DNA of 64,000 nt from the NCBI GenBank assembly GCA_053919585.1, contig CM132790.1. The stretch is one strand, 5' to 3'. The position numbers were made by a program, and so were the translations under genes. Of this stretch, positions 14,701-29,700 are shown in pieces. The first letter of the stretch is position 1. Each line of letters opens with the position of its first letter. A model generated the notes under the pieces. It ran no database searches. It saw only the letters and a program-made list of their open reading frames with translations, and was not told the DNA's origin. This stretch comes from Euprymna scolopes (Eukaryota).

Positions 14701-17700
14701 TTTGTGATAAAAATGGGCATTCTGCCTTTGAATTCTAGTTCTTGTAGATCTTTTATAATGCCATGCCTCCATGCCGAGTCGTATGCTTTTTCAATATCGA
14801 AAAAGACTGCTGTAAGATGTTATTTTTTGATAAAGGCTTCTCTGATGAAGGTTTCTAGCCGAATCAAGTGGTCCATGGGGCTTCTCTCATTCCTAAATCC
14901 TGACTGATACTCTGTAATCAGATTATTTGTCTCAAGGTACCATATTAATCTGCTGTTAATCATTCTTTCCATTATTTTGGAAATACAGCTAGTGAGTGCT
15001 GTAGGTCGGTAATTCATGGGATTTGTAGAGTCCTTTGATGATTTAGGAATAGGGATTACTATGGCTTGCCTCAAATTTCAGGGACGTTGCCACTTTCCCA
15101 AATATCGTTAAATATTTGTAGTAGGTAATCTGTAGACGTATCAGGAAGTCGTTTTATGAATTGATAGTGGATTTGATCAGGGCCAACAGCTGAGTCATAA
15201 GCTTTGCATAGGGATACTTTCAATTAATTTTTAGAGAATGGCTGGTTGTATTTTTCTGTATTATTTGTTTGAAACTGAGTTTTTCCTTTTTTGCTTTTTC
15301 CTTAATAATTTGAAATTTTTTGTTAGAGTTTTTGGAGGAGGAGTTTTTTTTTGCAAAAGTTTAAGCAAGACAATCTACCATTTCTTTCTTGCTAGTAATT
15401 TTTTGGTTATTATAGGTCAGGTGTTTAGTAGGGTTGCTGTTACTTTTCCCTGAGATTTTATGGATCATGTCCTAGACCTTTTTACTTTTTGTATTTGTAT
15501 TTATTTTTGATACATAGTTTTTCCATGATGTTCGCTTCGATTCTTTAATGGTTTTGCGAGCTTTAGCTTTACTGTTTTTATATTTATCGAGATTTTCTTT
15601 AGTTGGTTCTTTTTTGAATTTCATTAGTATAGCTCGACGAGTTCTGATGGCTACTTTGCATTTTTCATCATTATATTTTGGGGAGGTAGAGCTTTTTGGA
15701 ATGCATTCCTCAGCAATATTATACGGTGTATTGGTAAAATATGTGGTTTGGGTTATTATCCGATGTTAGTTTAGTCCGACATAAATTTTGGAATTTTTCC
15801 CAATCAGCCTTCTGTAAGTTCGATTGGGTATTTTGTTTTCTGGCATTGGATCATTGTTTTCAAGTGTAATGGGAAAGTGGTCAGTTCCATATGACTCTTC
15901 TAGTACATTCCATTTGTAACCCAAGACAAGTGTTGGATCACATAATGTTAAATCAATTGATGTGAATGTACCAGTTCCTGGGTGTAAATAAGTGTGTTTT
16001 ATCATTAAACAGATATAGGTTTTTGTTATTTATTATATTTTCTATAGTCCCCCCCCCTTTGTTTGTTTTTTCACTTCCCCATATCTCATTATGGCTGTTT
16101 AAATCTCCCATAATGATGTATAGCGTTGGAAATTGCTGTATTAGTTTGCTCAGATCTCTTTCTGTGATGCTTTCATTGGGGGGTATGTATAGTGAGCAAA
16201 TGTTGATGGTTGTGTGGAGTGTTGCTTTTATTGAAGTAGCCTGCAGTTTAGTATTAAGTTGTGTTTAAATTTGGGGTATGTCATTTCTAATAAGGATTTA
16301 TGTACCTCCAGAGGCCCTGAGCCCAGTATTGTGTATACAGTTATACTGATTGTAGGTTTTAATTTTTATATTGTCATCCGATTTCATAAAGGTTTCTTGG
16401 AGACAGACTGCTACTGGGAGTAATTTATCGAGTAGAGTAGTGAGCTTATTTAAGTTTGCCTTTAAACCATGACAATTCGACTGGATTATATTATTTGTCT
16501 TATTTCTATCCGGTATGATTCTGTGTGTCATGTTTTGTATTTTAGTTTGTTATTTGGGTGTTTTCGGTTTAGTTATCTTTTTTTTTAGTTCTCATCTATT
16601 TTCATCTCTTTGGATGTAGAGGGTTTGTTATGTTTTGGTTTAGGGCTTTTTGATTTGCTCTATATTACGTGCCCTTTCCGGCTCTGGATTTCGATTAATT
16701 CAAATTTATTTTCGTTTTCAATTAATACTGTTTCTGTTTTTTGTTTATTTTGGTCTTTGGAATAGGGTTTTGTGTTTCCCTGTTCTGTTTCATCTTTCTT
16801 GATATTGTGTGTTTAATGTCTGCTTTTGTCCTAGTTCGTGACTTGGATATTTCACGTTGATTTATTTGTAGTTTTTGTTGATCGGATTCTATTTTGCTCT
16901 TTGGAGCTTGTTTTTGATTTTGGTCACTTAATTGAGTTTTCAAGGATACTAGTATTTGTTTCTTATTAGTTTCATTTTGGTTTGTTTTTAAAGTATTAAT
17001 TAATTTTTGGAGTTCAGAAACAAATTTATTGAGTAACTCTTGGTAGTTTATTGTGTTAGTTTGGAGTTTTTTGTGATGTTTGCATAGGTGTTTACTTTTG
17101 GTAGGAGTCTACCATTTTCCTTGCTTCAGGGAAGGATATATTCTCTTTGTATTTTACTTCCACAATTTCTTTTTCCTTTTGGAAGGTTTTGCATGTTTTG
17201 GAGTATGCTGGATGGTTTTCCACGCAATTTGGGCATTTAGTTTCATTGGGGCATTCGTTTTCCATGTGGTTAGGTTCATTTAGACCACATTTCCACGCGT
17301 TTTGTGCCCTCTGCAAAGTTCTCTATGGTGCCCGTATCTTTGGCACTTAAAACATCTCAGAGGGGCTGGTATATATAGTTCCACTTTTTCAATTGTATAT
17401 CCAATTTTGACTTCTTTTGGAATTTTTGGAGTATTAGATATTAGTATATACGTCGTTGTAGGTATGGATTGACCGTTCCTTTTTATATTGATTCGGACAT
17501 GATCAATCACTCCCTGTTTTCTTAGTGCATTTTTGATTTCTTCTGATGTAGCTAAGGTTAGTTCATGGCTTCTTATGACGCCTTTAGATGTATTTAACAT
17601 TTCGTGAGCAAAAGTCTTGCATTTATGAATATGGAATTTTTTCATTCATTTTTAGGAGGTCCTTTGCATCTTTGTAATCGTCTACTATAACAAGTAAGTT

Positions 17701-20700
17701 ACCGTCTTTCATTTTTTAAAAAATGTTTTAGGATTGCTATTTTGAGTTAATACTTTTTCAATTAGGAATGGAGACAGATCGCTGGCCTTTTCCTTCCAAG
17801 GTTTCAATAACTATGAATCTTGGGAAGTTTTCTTTATCAATATGTTCAAGATTAACTTCTTGCTCACTGTCTGAGCTGGTGACGTCTGAAACGTCAGAGT
17901 AGGTTCTTTTGGTTTTTCTGTTTTTTTCTTTTTTTAGTTATTAGATCCATATATAGTTGATTAGTTTTTCATCTTTCTTGCTCGCCACTTTCCTTGGAGC
18001 CCAAATGTGATTCGCCCTTTCATCCCAAGGATACAAAAAGATATACTCAATCGGTTGAGTTTATGCCATCGCTTCCTGATTCCTCCTTTAGTTTTATTTT
18101 ACCAGTTTAAGAGAAACATCGGGTAGGGAACAGTTGTGTGGTTTTATCTCAGCAATTGATTGACCCTTGCCACCGCCTTCTAACACTTATTTGGGTTGCT
18201 TGTGTTTGTAGTAAGAGTAAGAGTTTGTATTATCTTTAAACTTCAATTTTTTTTTCGTGATATTGTAATTAACATTTGTTAGGGCTTGGCATGACTATCC
18301 GATTGATCGGATCGGGCCTCTCCGACTTCCCGTCTAGTCAAGATAAAGACAGAAGTGATGTGTTGCAGGGCCACAACTTTTTTCCCTAGTCATCTACCAC
18401 CAGGATCCCGTCCCAAGACATTACGGGTTGCTACCTACGGTCAACAAGTAGCCCCATTGAAGAACTTCTATTCTCTACAGGGGCTCAGTCGGCATATTCT
18501 GATACCCCGCCGACGAGGTCTAGTGAAATCTGTTTTATTTCTTCAAATAAACATTCTTGGATTTTAGTTTATTTGTTTTTATTATTTCCTTTCTAAACCA
18601 TGAAGCTTGGTTTGGTGCTTCTTGGTGGATTGTTGTTTTCATTTTCGGCCTTGCAGAAAATAATTGAGTGTTGCAGAGAAAAATGTTGTAGTATTATTGT
18701 CTGGACTGCTTTAATTTAGGAAGCCAGTAAGGAAGTGTTTTTGTTTTTGTAGAACATATTTAAGTTTAAAAAAGAGGATAGGAAACAAAAAAACAGAAAT
18801 TTAATGTAGGAGTATTTCGTCTCAGGAAGCCAATAGTCAGCCTGATTTGGAAGAACCAGACGCTGCTTTTATTCGAAATCACGGAACTCATATGGCAACA
18901 TGCGAGGAGAAAAAAAGTTATATTTTGAAATCTACGATAAATATATTCAAGTGAAAATATATGTAAATAGTGAAACGAAAACGCCAATGATGAATTACTG
19001 ATATTATCTGCTGGAAAAGCACATTAGAAAATGATAAAATCTAAATAATTATGATAATTAAGAAAACATATAAAACGCAGAGGAAGAATATATCTGGTAG
19101 GACAGACAATATAGTTTTAATGAAAAAAGGTAATTACGTGGTGTTGTAGCCGTAGTTACTGCTGGTGTTGTAGTTGCAGTTAGTGCTGGTGTGGTTGTTG
19201 TAGTTACTGCTGGTGGTGCAGTGGTCACGGGAGTAACGGGTGTTGTAACAGCTGGTGTAACAGTTGTTGAGGTAGCTGGCGTAGTTACAGCAGGGGAAAC
19301 AGTTGTCGTTACAGCTACAAGAATGACAACAACAGAATTTTCGCACATGAAGTGAACAGCAACATAGTAAATGTTTACATTAAGTTTTCTACTTGTATAA
19401 AAATTATAACTTACGTTTTTATTCAAGCAGTAAACTGATTCATACTGAGCATTTATTATACAACGATTGATTATTGTTATTTGTGTATATTTTAGCGCAT
19501 ATACGACGATCCGCTGACGTTTATTTTGTAGGTGATATTTTAAACGTATTTTATACTGGAAATCTCCTGGATCGGACAAATTATTTTAAAAATATTTCGT
19601 ACAAACAATGTTATCAATATCCCAATAACACAAATAAACATTGGCAAACCAGAAGTTTTATTTGTCAGCAAAAAGCTTTTCCGTCTTACTTTGTAAACTC
19701 AACAAAGTACTTTTTAAATACAGCACTTACTTGTTGATTTGATGCATATTTTAGTAGAGATTTTCACTTCAACAGGTGCTGTCGGTTCTTCAGGTATAAT
19801 TGTAACTCTAAGCACTGTCGCGTCTGTACCAGGTGGAATGGTAACAGGCTCGTCTGGTGAGGATGTAACTTTAGTTGGTGTGAGCGGTAGAATTTCTGCA
19901 GGGGTAGTTACTAAACCTGGGACACCTGCAGCTATTGTTGTTGTTGGTGTGGTTCCTGCGCCTGGAGCAACTACTGCTGGTGTTGTGGCTGCGCCTGGAG
20001 CAACTAGAGCCAGTGTTGTCGCTACGCCTGGAGCACCTCCAGCCGGTGTTGTTGCGCCTGGAGCACCTCCAACTGGTGTTGTTGCTGCGCCTGGAACACC
20101 TCCAGCCGGTGTTGTTGCTGCGCCTGGAGCACCTCCAACTGGTGTAGTTACTGCTCCAGGTATTCCTCCAGCGGACACTGTAGTCGTTGTCTGTCAAAAA
20201 CAAAACAATATTTTAAATGTGTCTTAAAAATGTAAAATTTAGATCGTAAGCTAAATATAAATAAAGCAATTTGTCTTTCTGAGTAAAATTATTCCTACAT
20301 TAAATGATACAAAAATAGATTATTTGACACGACTGAAAAATGTTTTAAGAAAATAAAAAAACATGGGATACATTTTATATATTTTAACCAAAGCAGCCCC
20401 TCATTAGCACTATAGATATTTAATAATTAAGAAAATATCATCAAGACATATTTTACGAGTTAACATTTTTATTATATGTAAAACGAAACCAATTTGATAT
20501 ATGTACAACAATGCAACAATGACAGGTTCATAATTATAATTCTCTCTTCGTTTGTCCTAGCTGTCGAAAATTCGACTGACTATAATCATTTGTTCCTCAT
20601 TCTTAAAAGTAGTTTTTCCCCGCATATACAAATTAGTTTTACATATAATATGTTGCAACTACAAAAGTAATTCCTGTTTTTTAATCGAACACAAGTGACA

Positions 20701-23700
20701 AAACCGGAAACAGCCGACACACTGCCAAGCCGCTAAGTTTTTGTTGAACGTCTCTTATTGTAATAGTAAGCAAAATAAATTTTTTTTCTTACAATTTTAA
20801 ACTTATTGCGAAGAATTATTTAAAATCAGAAATAACGGGTGTATCACGTTGATTCTAATTTGTTTTGCTTTTTTTCTATAAATTAACCGTAATTCATCGA
20901 AAGTGCTTGAAAATACTTCTAAAACAAATACTATACAGGAAAATGTATTACGAATACTTAAAACGAATGTTGAAAAATCAAAAAAATGTATATAAATTTA
21001 CTGTAGTGGGCTTAAGAAATTCCACAACGTATTGTTTGACGTTCTTTGGGTTGACGAGTGTAAGTACACCACCAGATTTGATATCTTCTCCAACAGTAAG
21101 TGTTGCAACTCTGTCGTTTGGTGTAGTTGTTATCCATCCAGGACCAGTGGGTCTGACATCTCCGGGATTTCCTGTTGGATTGGGCTCGAGTGTAATAGCA
21201 TCATCCGGCAATAATGTATCATCTTCCATGCTTTCCACAAGCGGACATGTTGCTAGAAAGAAAACAAAACATGGCCGATCCGTTAATTTGCAATCTACGG
21301 AATGTATTTAACAATTTTCAAGACATCGTCTTTCATAAATAACGCTACTTTTATTCGAAATCACGAAACTCATTTGGCAACATGTAAGTAGAAAACAAAA
21401 GAAAAAAAAAAGAAAAGTTATATTTGGAAATTTACGATAAATATATTCAAGTGAAAATATATGTAAATAGTGAAACGAAAACGCCAATGATGAATTACTG
21501 ATATTATCTGCTTGACAAGCACATTAGAAAATGATAAAATCTAAATAATTATTATAATTAAGAAAACATATAAAACGCAGAGGAAGAATATATCTGGTAG
21601 GACAGACAATATAGTTTTAATGAAAAAAGGTAATTACGTGGTGTTGTAGCCGTAGTTACTGCTGGTGTTGTAGTTGCAGTTAGTGCTGGTGTGGTTGTTG
21701 TAGTTACTGCTGGTGGTGCAGTGGTCACGGGAGTAACGGGTGTTGTAACAGCTGGTGTAACAGTTGTTGAGGTAGCTGGCGTAGTTACAGCAGGGGAAAC
21801 AGTTGTCGTTACAGCTACAAGAATGACAATAACAGAATTTTCGCACATGAAGTGAACAGCAACATAGTAAATGTTTACATTAAGTTTTCTACTTGTACAA
21901 AAATTATAACTTACGTTTTTATTCAAGCAGTAAACTGATTCATACTGAGCATTTATTATACAACGATTGATTATTGTTATTTGTGTATATTTTAGCGCAT
22001 ATACGACGATCCGCTGACGTTTATTTTGTAGGTGATATTTTAAACGTATTTTATACTGGAAATCTCCTGGATCGGACAAATTATTTTAAAAATATTTCGT
22101 ACAAACAATGTTATCAATATCCCAATAACACAAATAAACATTGGCAAACCAGAAGTTTTATTTGTCAGCAAAAAGCTTTTCCGTCTTACTTTGTAAACTC
22201 AACAAAGTACTTTTTAAATACAGCACTTACTTGTTGATTTGATGCATATTTTAGTAGAGATTTTCACTTCAACAGGTGCTGTCGGTTCTTCAGGAATAAT
22301 TGTAACTCTAAGCACTGTCGCGTCTGTACCAGGTGGAATGGTAACAGGCTCGTCTGGTGAGGATGTAACTTTAGTTGGTGTGAGCGGTAGAATTTCTGCA
22401 GGGGTAGTTACTACACCTGGGGCACCTTCAGCTATTGTTGTTGCTGGTGTTGTTCCTGCGCCTGGAGCAACTACTACTGGTGTTGTGGCTGCGCCTGGAG
22501 CAACTAGAGCCAGTGTTGTCGCTACGCCTGGAGCACCTCCAGCCGGTGTTGTTGCGCCTGGAGCACCTCCAACTGGTGTTGTTGCTGCGCCTGGAACACC
22601 CCCAGCCGGTGTTGTTGCTGCGCCTGGAGCACCTCCAACTGGTGTAGTTACTGCTCCAGGTATTCCTCCAGCGGACACTGTAGTCGTTGTCTGTCAAAAA
22701 CAAAACAATATTTTAAATGTGTCTTAAAAATGTAAAATTTAGATCGTAAGCTAAATATAAATAAAGCAATTTGTCTTTCTGAGTAAAATTATTCCTACAT
22801 TAAATGATACAAAAATAGATTATTTGACACGACTGAAAAATGTTTTAAGAAAATAAAAAAACATGGGATACATTTTATATATTTTAACCAAAGCAACCCC
22901 TCATTAGCACTATAGATATTTAATAATTAAGAAAATATCATCAAGACATATTTTACGAGTTAACATTTTTATTATATGTAAAACGAAACCAATTTGATAT
23001 ATGTACAACAATGCAACAATGACAGATTCATAATTATAATTCTCTCTTCGTTTGTCCGAGCTGTCGAAAATTCGACTGACTATAATCATTTGTTCCTCAT
23101 TCTTAAAAGTAGTTTTTCCCCGCATATACAAATTAGTTTTACACATAATATGTTGCAACTACAAAAGTAATTCCTGTTTTTTAATCGAAAACAAGTGCCA
23201 AACACGGGAAACAGCCGACACACTGCCAAGCCGCTAAGTTTTTGTTGAACGTCTCTTATTGTAATAGTAAGCAAAATAAAATTTTTCTTTTTTTACAATT
23301 TTTAACTTATTGAGAAGAATTACTTAAAATCAGAAATAACGGGTGTATCACGTTGATTCTAATTTGTTTTGCTTTTTTTTTCTATAAATTAACCGTAATT
23401 CATCGAAAGTGCTTGAAAATACTTCTAAAACAAATACTATACAGGAAAATGTATTACGAATACTTAAAACGAATGTTGAAAAATCAAAAAAATGTATATA
23501 AATTTACTGTAGTGGGCTTAAGAAATTCCACAACGTATTGTTTGACGTTCTTTGGGTTGACGAGTGTAAGTACACCACCAGATTTGATATCTTCTCCAAC
23601 AGTAAGTGTTGCAACTCTGTCGTTTGGTGTAGTTGTTATCCATCCAGGACCAGTGGGTCTGACATCTCCAGGATTTCCTGTTGGATTGGGCTCGAGTGTA

Positions 23701-26700
23701 ATAGCATCATCCGGCAATAATGTATCATCTTCCATGCTTTCCACAAGCGGACATGTTGCTAGAAAGAAAACAAAACATGGCCGATCCGTTAATTTGCAAT
23801 CTACGGAATGTATTTAACAATTTTCAAGACATCGTCTTTCATAAATAACGCTACTTTTATTCGAAATCACGAAACTCATTTGGCAACATGTAAGTAGAAA
23901 ATAAAAGAAAAAAAAAGAAAAGTTATATTTGGAAATCTACTATAAATATATTCAAGTGAAAATATATGTAAATAGTGAAACGAAAACGCCAATGATGAAT
24001 TACTGATATTATCTGCTTGAAAAGCACATTAGAAAATGATAAAATCTAAATAATTATAATAATTAAGAAAACATATAAAACGCAGAGGAAGAATATATCT
24101 GGTAGGACAGACAATATAGTTTTAATGAAAAAAGGTAATTACGTGGTGTTGTAGCCGTAGTTACTGCTGGTGTTGTAGTTGCAGTTAGTGCTGGTGTGGT
24201 TGTTGTAGTTATTGCTGGTGGTGCAGTGGTCACTGGAGTAACGGGTGTTGTAACAGCTGGTGTAACAGTGGTTGAGGTAGCTGGCGTAGTTACAGTAGGG
24301 GAAACAGTTGTTGTTACAGCTACAAGAATGATAATAACAGAATTTTCGCACATGAAATGAACAGCAACATAGTAAATGTTTACATTAAGTTTTCTACTTG
24401 TATAAAAATTATAACTTACGTTTTTATTCAAGCAGTAAACTGATTCATACTGAGCATTTATTATACAACGATTGATTATTGTTATTTGTGTATATTTTAG
24501 CGCATATACGACGATCCGCTGACGTTTATTTTGTAGGTGATATTTTAAACGTATTTTATACTGGAAATCTCCTGGATCGGACAAATTATTGCAAAAATAT
24601 TTCGTACAAACAATGTTATCAATATCCCAATAACACAAATAAACATTGGCAAACCAGAAGTTTTATTTGTCAGCAAAAAGCTTTTCCGTCTTACTTTGTA
24701 AACTCAACAAAGTACTTTTTAAATACAGCACTTACTTGTTGATTTGATGCATATTTTAGTAGAGATTTTCACTTCAACAGGTGCTGTCGGTTCTTCAGGA
24801 ATAATTGTAACTCTAAGCACTGTCGCGTCTGTACCAGGTGGAATGGTAACAGGCTCGTCTGGTGAGGATGTAACTTTAGTTGGTGTGAGCGGTAGAATTT
24901 CTGCAGGGGTAGTTACTACACCTGGGGCACCTTCAGCTATTGTTGTTGCTGGTGTTGTTCCTGCGCCTGGAGCAACTACTGCTGGTGTTGTGGCTGCGCC
25001 TGGAGCAACTAGAGCCAGTGTTGTCGCTACGCCTGGAGCACCGCCAGCCGGTGTTGTTGCGCCTGGAGCACCTCCAACTGGTGTTGTTGCTGCGCCTGGA
25101 ACACCCCCAGCCGGTGTTGTTGCTGCGCCTGGAGCACCTCCAACTGGTGTAGTTACTGCTCCAGGTATTCCTCCAGCGGACACTGTAGTCGTTGTCTGTC
25201 AAAAACAAAACAATATTTTAAATGTGTCTTAAAAATGTAAAATTTAGATCGTAAGCTAAATATAAATAAAGCAATTTGTCTTTCTGAGTAAAATTATTCC
25301 TACATTAAATGATACAAAAATAGATTATTTGACACGACTGAAAAATGTTTTAAGAAAATAAAAAACATGGGATACATTTTATATATTTTAACCAAAGCAA
25401 CCCCTCATTAGCACTATAGATATTTAATAATTAAGAAAATATCATCAAGACATATTTTACGAGTTAACATTTTTATTATATGTAAAACGAAACCAATTTG
25501 ATATATGTACAACAATGCAACAATGACAGATTCATAATTATAATTCTCTCTTCGTTTGTCCGAGCTGTCGAAAATTCGACTGACTATAATCATTTGTTCC
25601 TCATTCTTAAAAGTAGTTTTTCCCCGCATATACAAATTAGTTTTACACATAATATGTTGCAACTACAAAAGTAATTCCTGTTTTTTAATCGAAAACAAGT
25701 GCCAAACACGGGAAACAGCCGACACACTGCCAAGCCGCTAAGTTTTTGTTGAACGTCTCTTATTGTAATAGTAAGCAAAATAAAATTTTTCTTTTTTTAC
25801 AATTTTTAACTTATTGAGAAGAATTACTTAAAATCAGAAATAACGGGTGTATCACGTTGATTCCAATTTGTTTTGCTTTTTTTCTATAAATTAACCGTAA
25901 TTCATCGAAAGTGCTTGAAAATACTTCTAAAACAAATACTATACAGGAAAATGTATTACGAATACTTAAAACGAATGTTGAAAAATCAAAAAAATGTATA
26001 TAAATTTACTGTAGTGGGCTTAAGAAATTCCACAACGTATTGTTTGACGTTCTTTGGGTTGACGAGTGTAAGTACACCACCAGATTTGATATCTTCTCCA
26101 ACAGTAAGTGTTGCAACTCTGTCGTTTGGTGTAGTTGTTATCCATCCAGGACCAGTGGGTCTGACATCTCCGGGATTTCCTGTTGGATTGGGCTCGAGTG
26201 TAATAGCATCATCCGGCAATAATGTATCATCTTCCATGCTTTCCACAAGCGGACATGTTGCTAGAAAGAAAACAAAACATGGCCGATCCGTTAATTTGCA
26301 ATCTACGGAATGTATTTAATAATTTTCAAGACATCGTCTTTCATAAATAACGCTACTTTTATTCGAAATCACGAAATTCATTTGGCAACATGTAAGTAGA
26401 AAACAAAAGAAAAAAAAAAGAAAAGTTATATTTGGAAATTTACGATAAATATATTCAAGTGAAAATATATGTAAATAGTGAAACGAAAACGCCAATGATG
26501 AATTACTGATATTATCTGCTTGACAAGCACATTAGAAAATGATAAAATCTAAATAATTATTATAATTAAGAAAACATATAAAACGCAGAGGAAGAATATA
26601 TCTGGTAGGACAGACAATATAGTTTTAATGAAAAAAGGTAATTACGTGGTGTTGTAGCCGTAGTTACTGCTGGTGTTGTAGTTGCAGTTAGTGCTGGTGT

Positions 26701-29700
26701 GGTTGTTGTAGTTACTGCTGGTGGTGCAGTGGTCACGGGAGTAACGGGTGTTGTAACAGCTGGTGTAACAGTTGTTGAGGTAGCTGGCGTAGTTACAGCA
26801 GGGGAAACAGTTGTCGTTACAGCTACAAGAATGACAACAACAGAATTTTCGCACATGAAGTGAACAGCAACATAGTAAATGTTTACATTAAGTTTTCTAC
26901 TTGTATAAAAATTATAACTTACGTTTTTATTCAAGCAGTAAACTGATTCATACTGAGCATTTATTATACAACGATTGATTATTGTTATTTGTGTATATTT
27001 TAGCGCATATACGACGATCCGCTGACGTTTATTTTGTAGGTGATATTTTAAACGTATTTTATACTGGAAATCTCCTGGATCGGACAAATTATTTTAAAAA
27101 TATTTCGTACAAACAATGTTATCAATATCCCAATAACACAAATAAACATTGGCAAACCAGAAGTTTTATTTGTCAGCAAAAAGCTTTTCCGTCTTACTTT
27201 GTAAACTCAACAAAGTACTTTTTAAATACAGCACTTACTTGTTGATTTGATGCATATTTTAGTAGAGATTTTCACTTCAACAGGTGCTGTCGGTTCTTCA
27301 GGAATAATTGTAACTCTAAGCACTGTCGCGTCTGTACCAGGTGGAATGGTAACAGGCTCGTCTGGTGAGGATGTAACTTTAGTTGGTGTGAGCGGTAGAA
27401 TTTCTGCAGGGGTAGTTACTACACCTGGGGCACCTTCAGCTATTGTTGTTGCTGGTGTTGTTCCTGCGCCTGGAGCAACTACTGCTGGTGTTGTGGCTGC
27501 GCCTGGAGCAACTAGAGCCAGTGTTGTCGCTACGCCTGGAGCACCGCCAGCCGGTGTTGTTGCGCCTGGAGCACCTCCAACTGGTGTTGTTGCTGCGCCT
27601 GGAACACCCCCAGCCGGTGTTGTTGCTGCGCCTGGAGCACCTCCAACTGGTGTAGTTACTGCTCCAGGTATTCCTCCAGCGGACACTGTAGTCGTTGTCT
27701 GTCAAAAACAAAACAATATTTTAAATGTGTCTTAAAAATGTAAAATTTAGATCGTAAGCTAAATATAAATAAAGCAATTTGTCTTTCTGAGTAAAATTAT
27801 TCCTACATTAAATGATACAAAAATAGATTATTTGACACGACTGAAAAATGTTTTAAGAAAATAAAAAAACATGGGATACATTTTATATATTTTAACCAAA
27901 GCAGCCCCTCATTAGCACTATAGATATTTAATAATTAAGAAAATATCATCAAGACATATTTTACGAGTTAACATTTTTATTATATGTAAAACGAAACCAA
28001 TTTGATATATGTACAACAATGCAACAATGACAGATTCATAATTATAATTCTCTCTTCGTTTGTCCGAGATGTCGAAAATTCGACTGACTATAATCATTTG
28101 TTCCTCATTCTTAAAAGTAGTTTTTTCCCGCATATACAAATTAGTTTTACATATAATATGTTGCAACTACAAAAGTAATTCCTGTTTTTTAATCGAAAAC
28201 AAGTGCCAAACACGGGAAACAGCCGACACACTGCCAAGCCGCTAAGTTTTTGTTGAACGTCTCTTATTGTAATAGTAAGCAAAATAAATTCTTTTTTTTT
28301 TTTACAATTTTTAACTTATTGAGAAGAATTACTTAAAATCAGAAATAACGGGTGTATCACGTTGATTCTAATTTGTTTTGCTTTTTTTTCTATAAATTAA
28401 CCGTAATTCATCGAAAGTGCTTGAAAATACTTCTAAAACAAATACTATACAGGAAAATGTATTACGAATACTTAAAACGAATGTTGAAAAATCAAAAAAA
28501 TGTATATAAATTTACTGTAGTGGGCTTAAGAAATTCCACAACGTATTGTTTGACGTTCTTTGGGTTGACGAGTGTAAGTACACCACCAGATTTGATATCT
28601 TCTCCAACAGTAAGTGTTGCAACTCTGTCGTTTGGTGTAGTTGTTATCCATCCAGGACCAGTGGGTCTGACATCTCCGGGATTTCCTGTTGGATTGGGCT
28701 CGAGTGTAATAGCATCATCCGGCAATAATGTATCATCTTCCATGCTTTCCACAAGCGGACATGTTGCTAGAAAGAAAACAAAACATGGCCGATCCGTTAA
28801 TTTGCAATCTACGGAATGTATTTAATAATTTTCAAGACATCGTCTTTCATAAATAACGCTACTTTTATTCGAAATCACGAAATTCATTTGGCAACATGTA
28901 AGTAGAAAACAAAAAAAAAAAAAAAGAAAAGTTATATTTGGAAATTTACGATAAATATATTCAAGTGAAAATATATGTAAATAGTGAAACGAAAACGCCA
29001 ATGATGAATTACTGATATTATCTGCTTGACAAGCACATTAGAAAATGATAAAATCTAAATAATTATTATAATTAAGAAAACATATAAAACGCAGAGGAAG
29101 AATATATCTGGTAGGACAGACAATATAGTTTTAATGAAAAAAGGTAATTACGTGGTGTTGTAGCCGTAGTTACTGCTGGTGTTGTAGTTGCAGTTAGTGC
29201 TGGTGTGGTTGTTGTAGTTACTGCTGGTGGTGCAGTGGTCACGGGAGTAACGGGTGTTGTAACAGCTGGTGTAACAGTTGTTGAGGTAGCTGGCGTAGTT
29301 ACAGCAGGGGAAACAGTTGTCGTTACAGCTACAAGAATGACAACAACAGAATTTTCGCACATGAAGTGAACAGCAACATAGTAAATGTTTACATTAAGTT
29401 TTCTACTTGTATAAAAATTATAACTTACGTTTTTATTCAAGCAGTAAACTGATTCATACTGAGCATTTATTATACAACGATTGATTATTGTTATTTGTGT
29501 ATATTTTAGCGCATATACGACGATCCGCTGACGTTTATTTTGTAGGTGATATTTTAAACGTATTTTATACTGGAAATCTCCTGGATCGGACAAATTATTG
29601 CAAAAATATTTCGTACAAACAATGTTATCAATATCCCAATAACACAAATAAGCATTGGCAAACCAGAAGTTTTATTTGTCAGCAAAAAGCTTTTCCGTCT

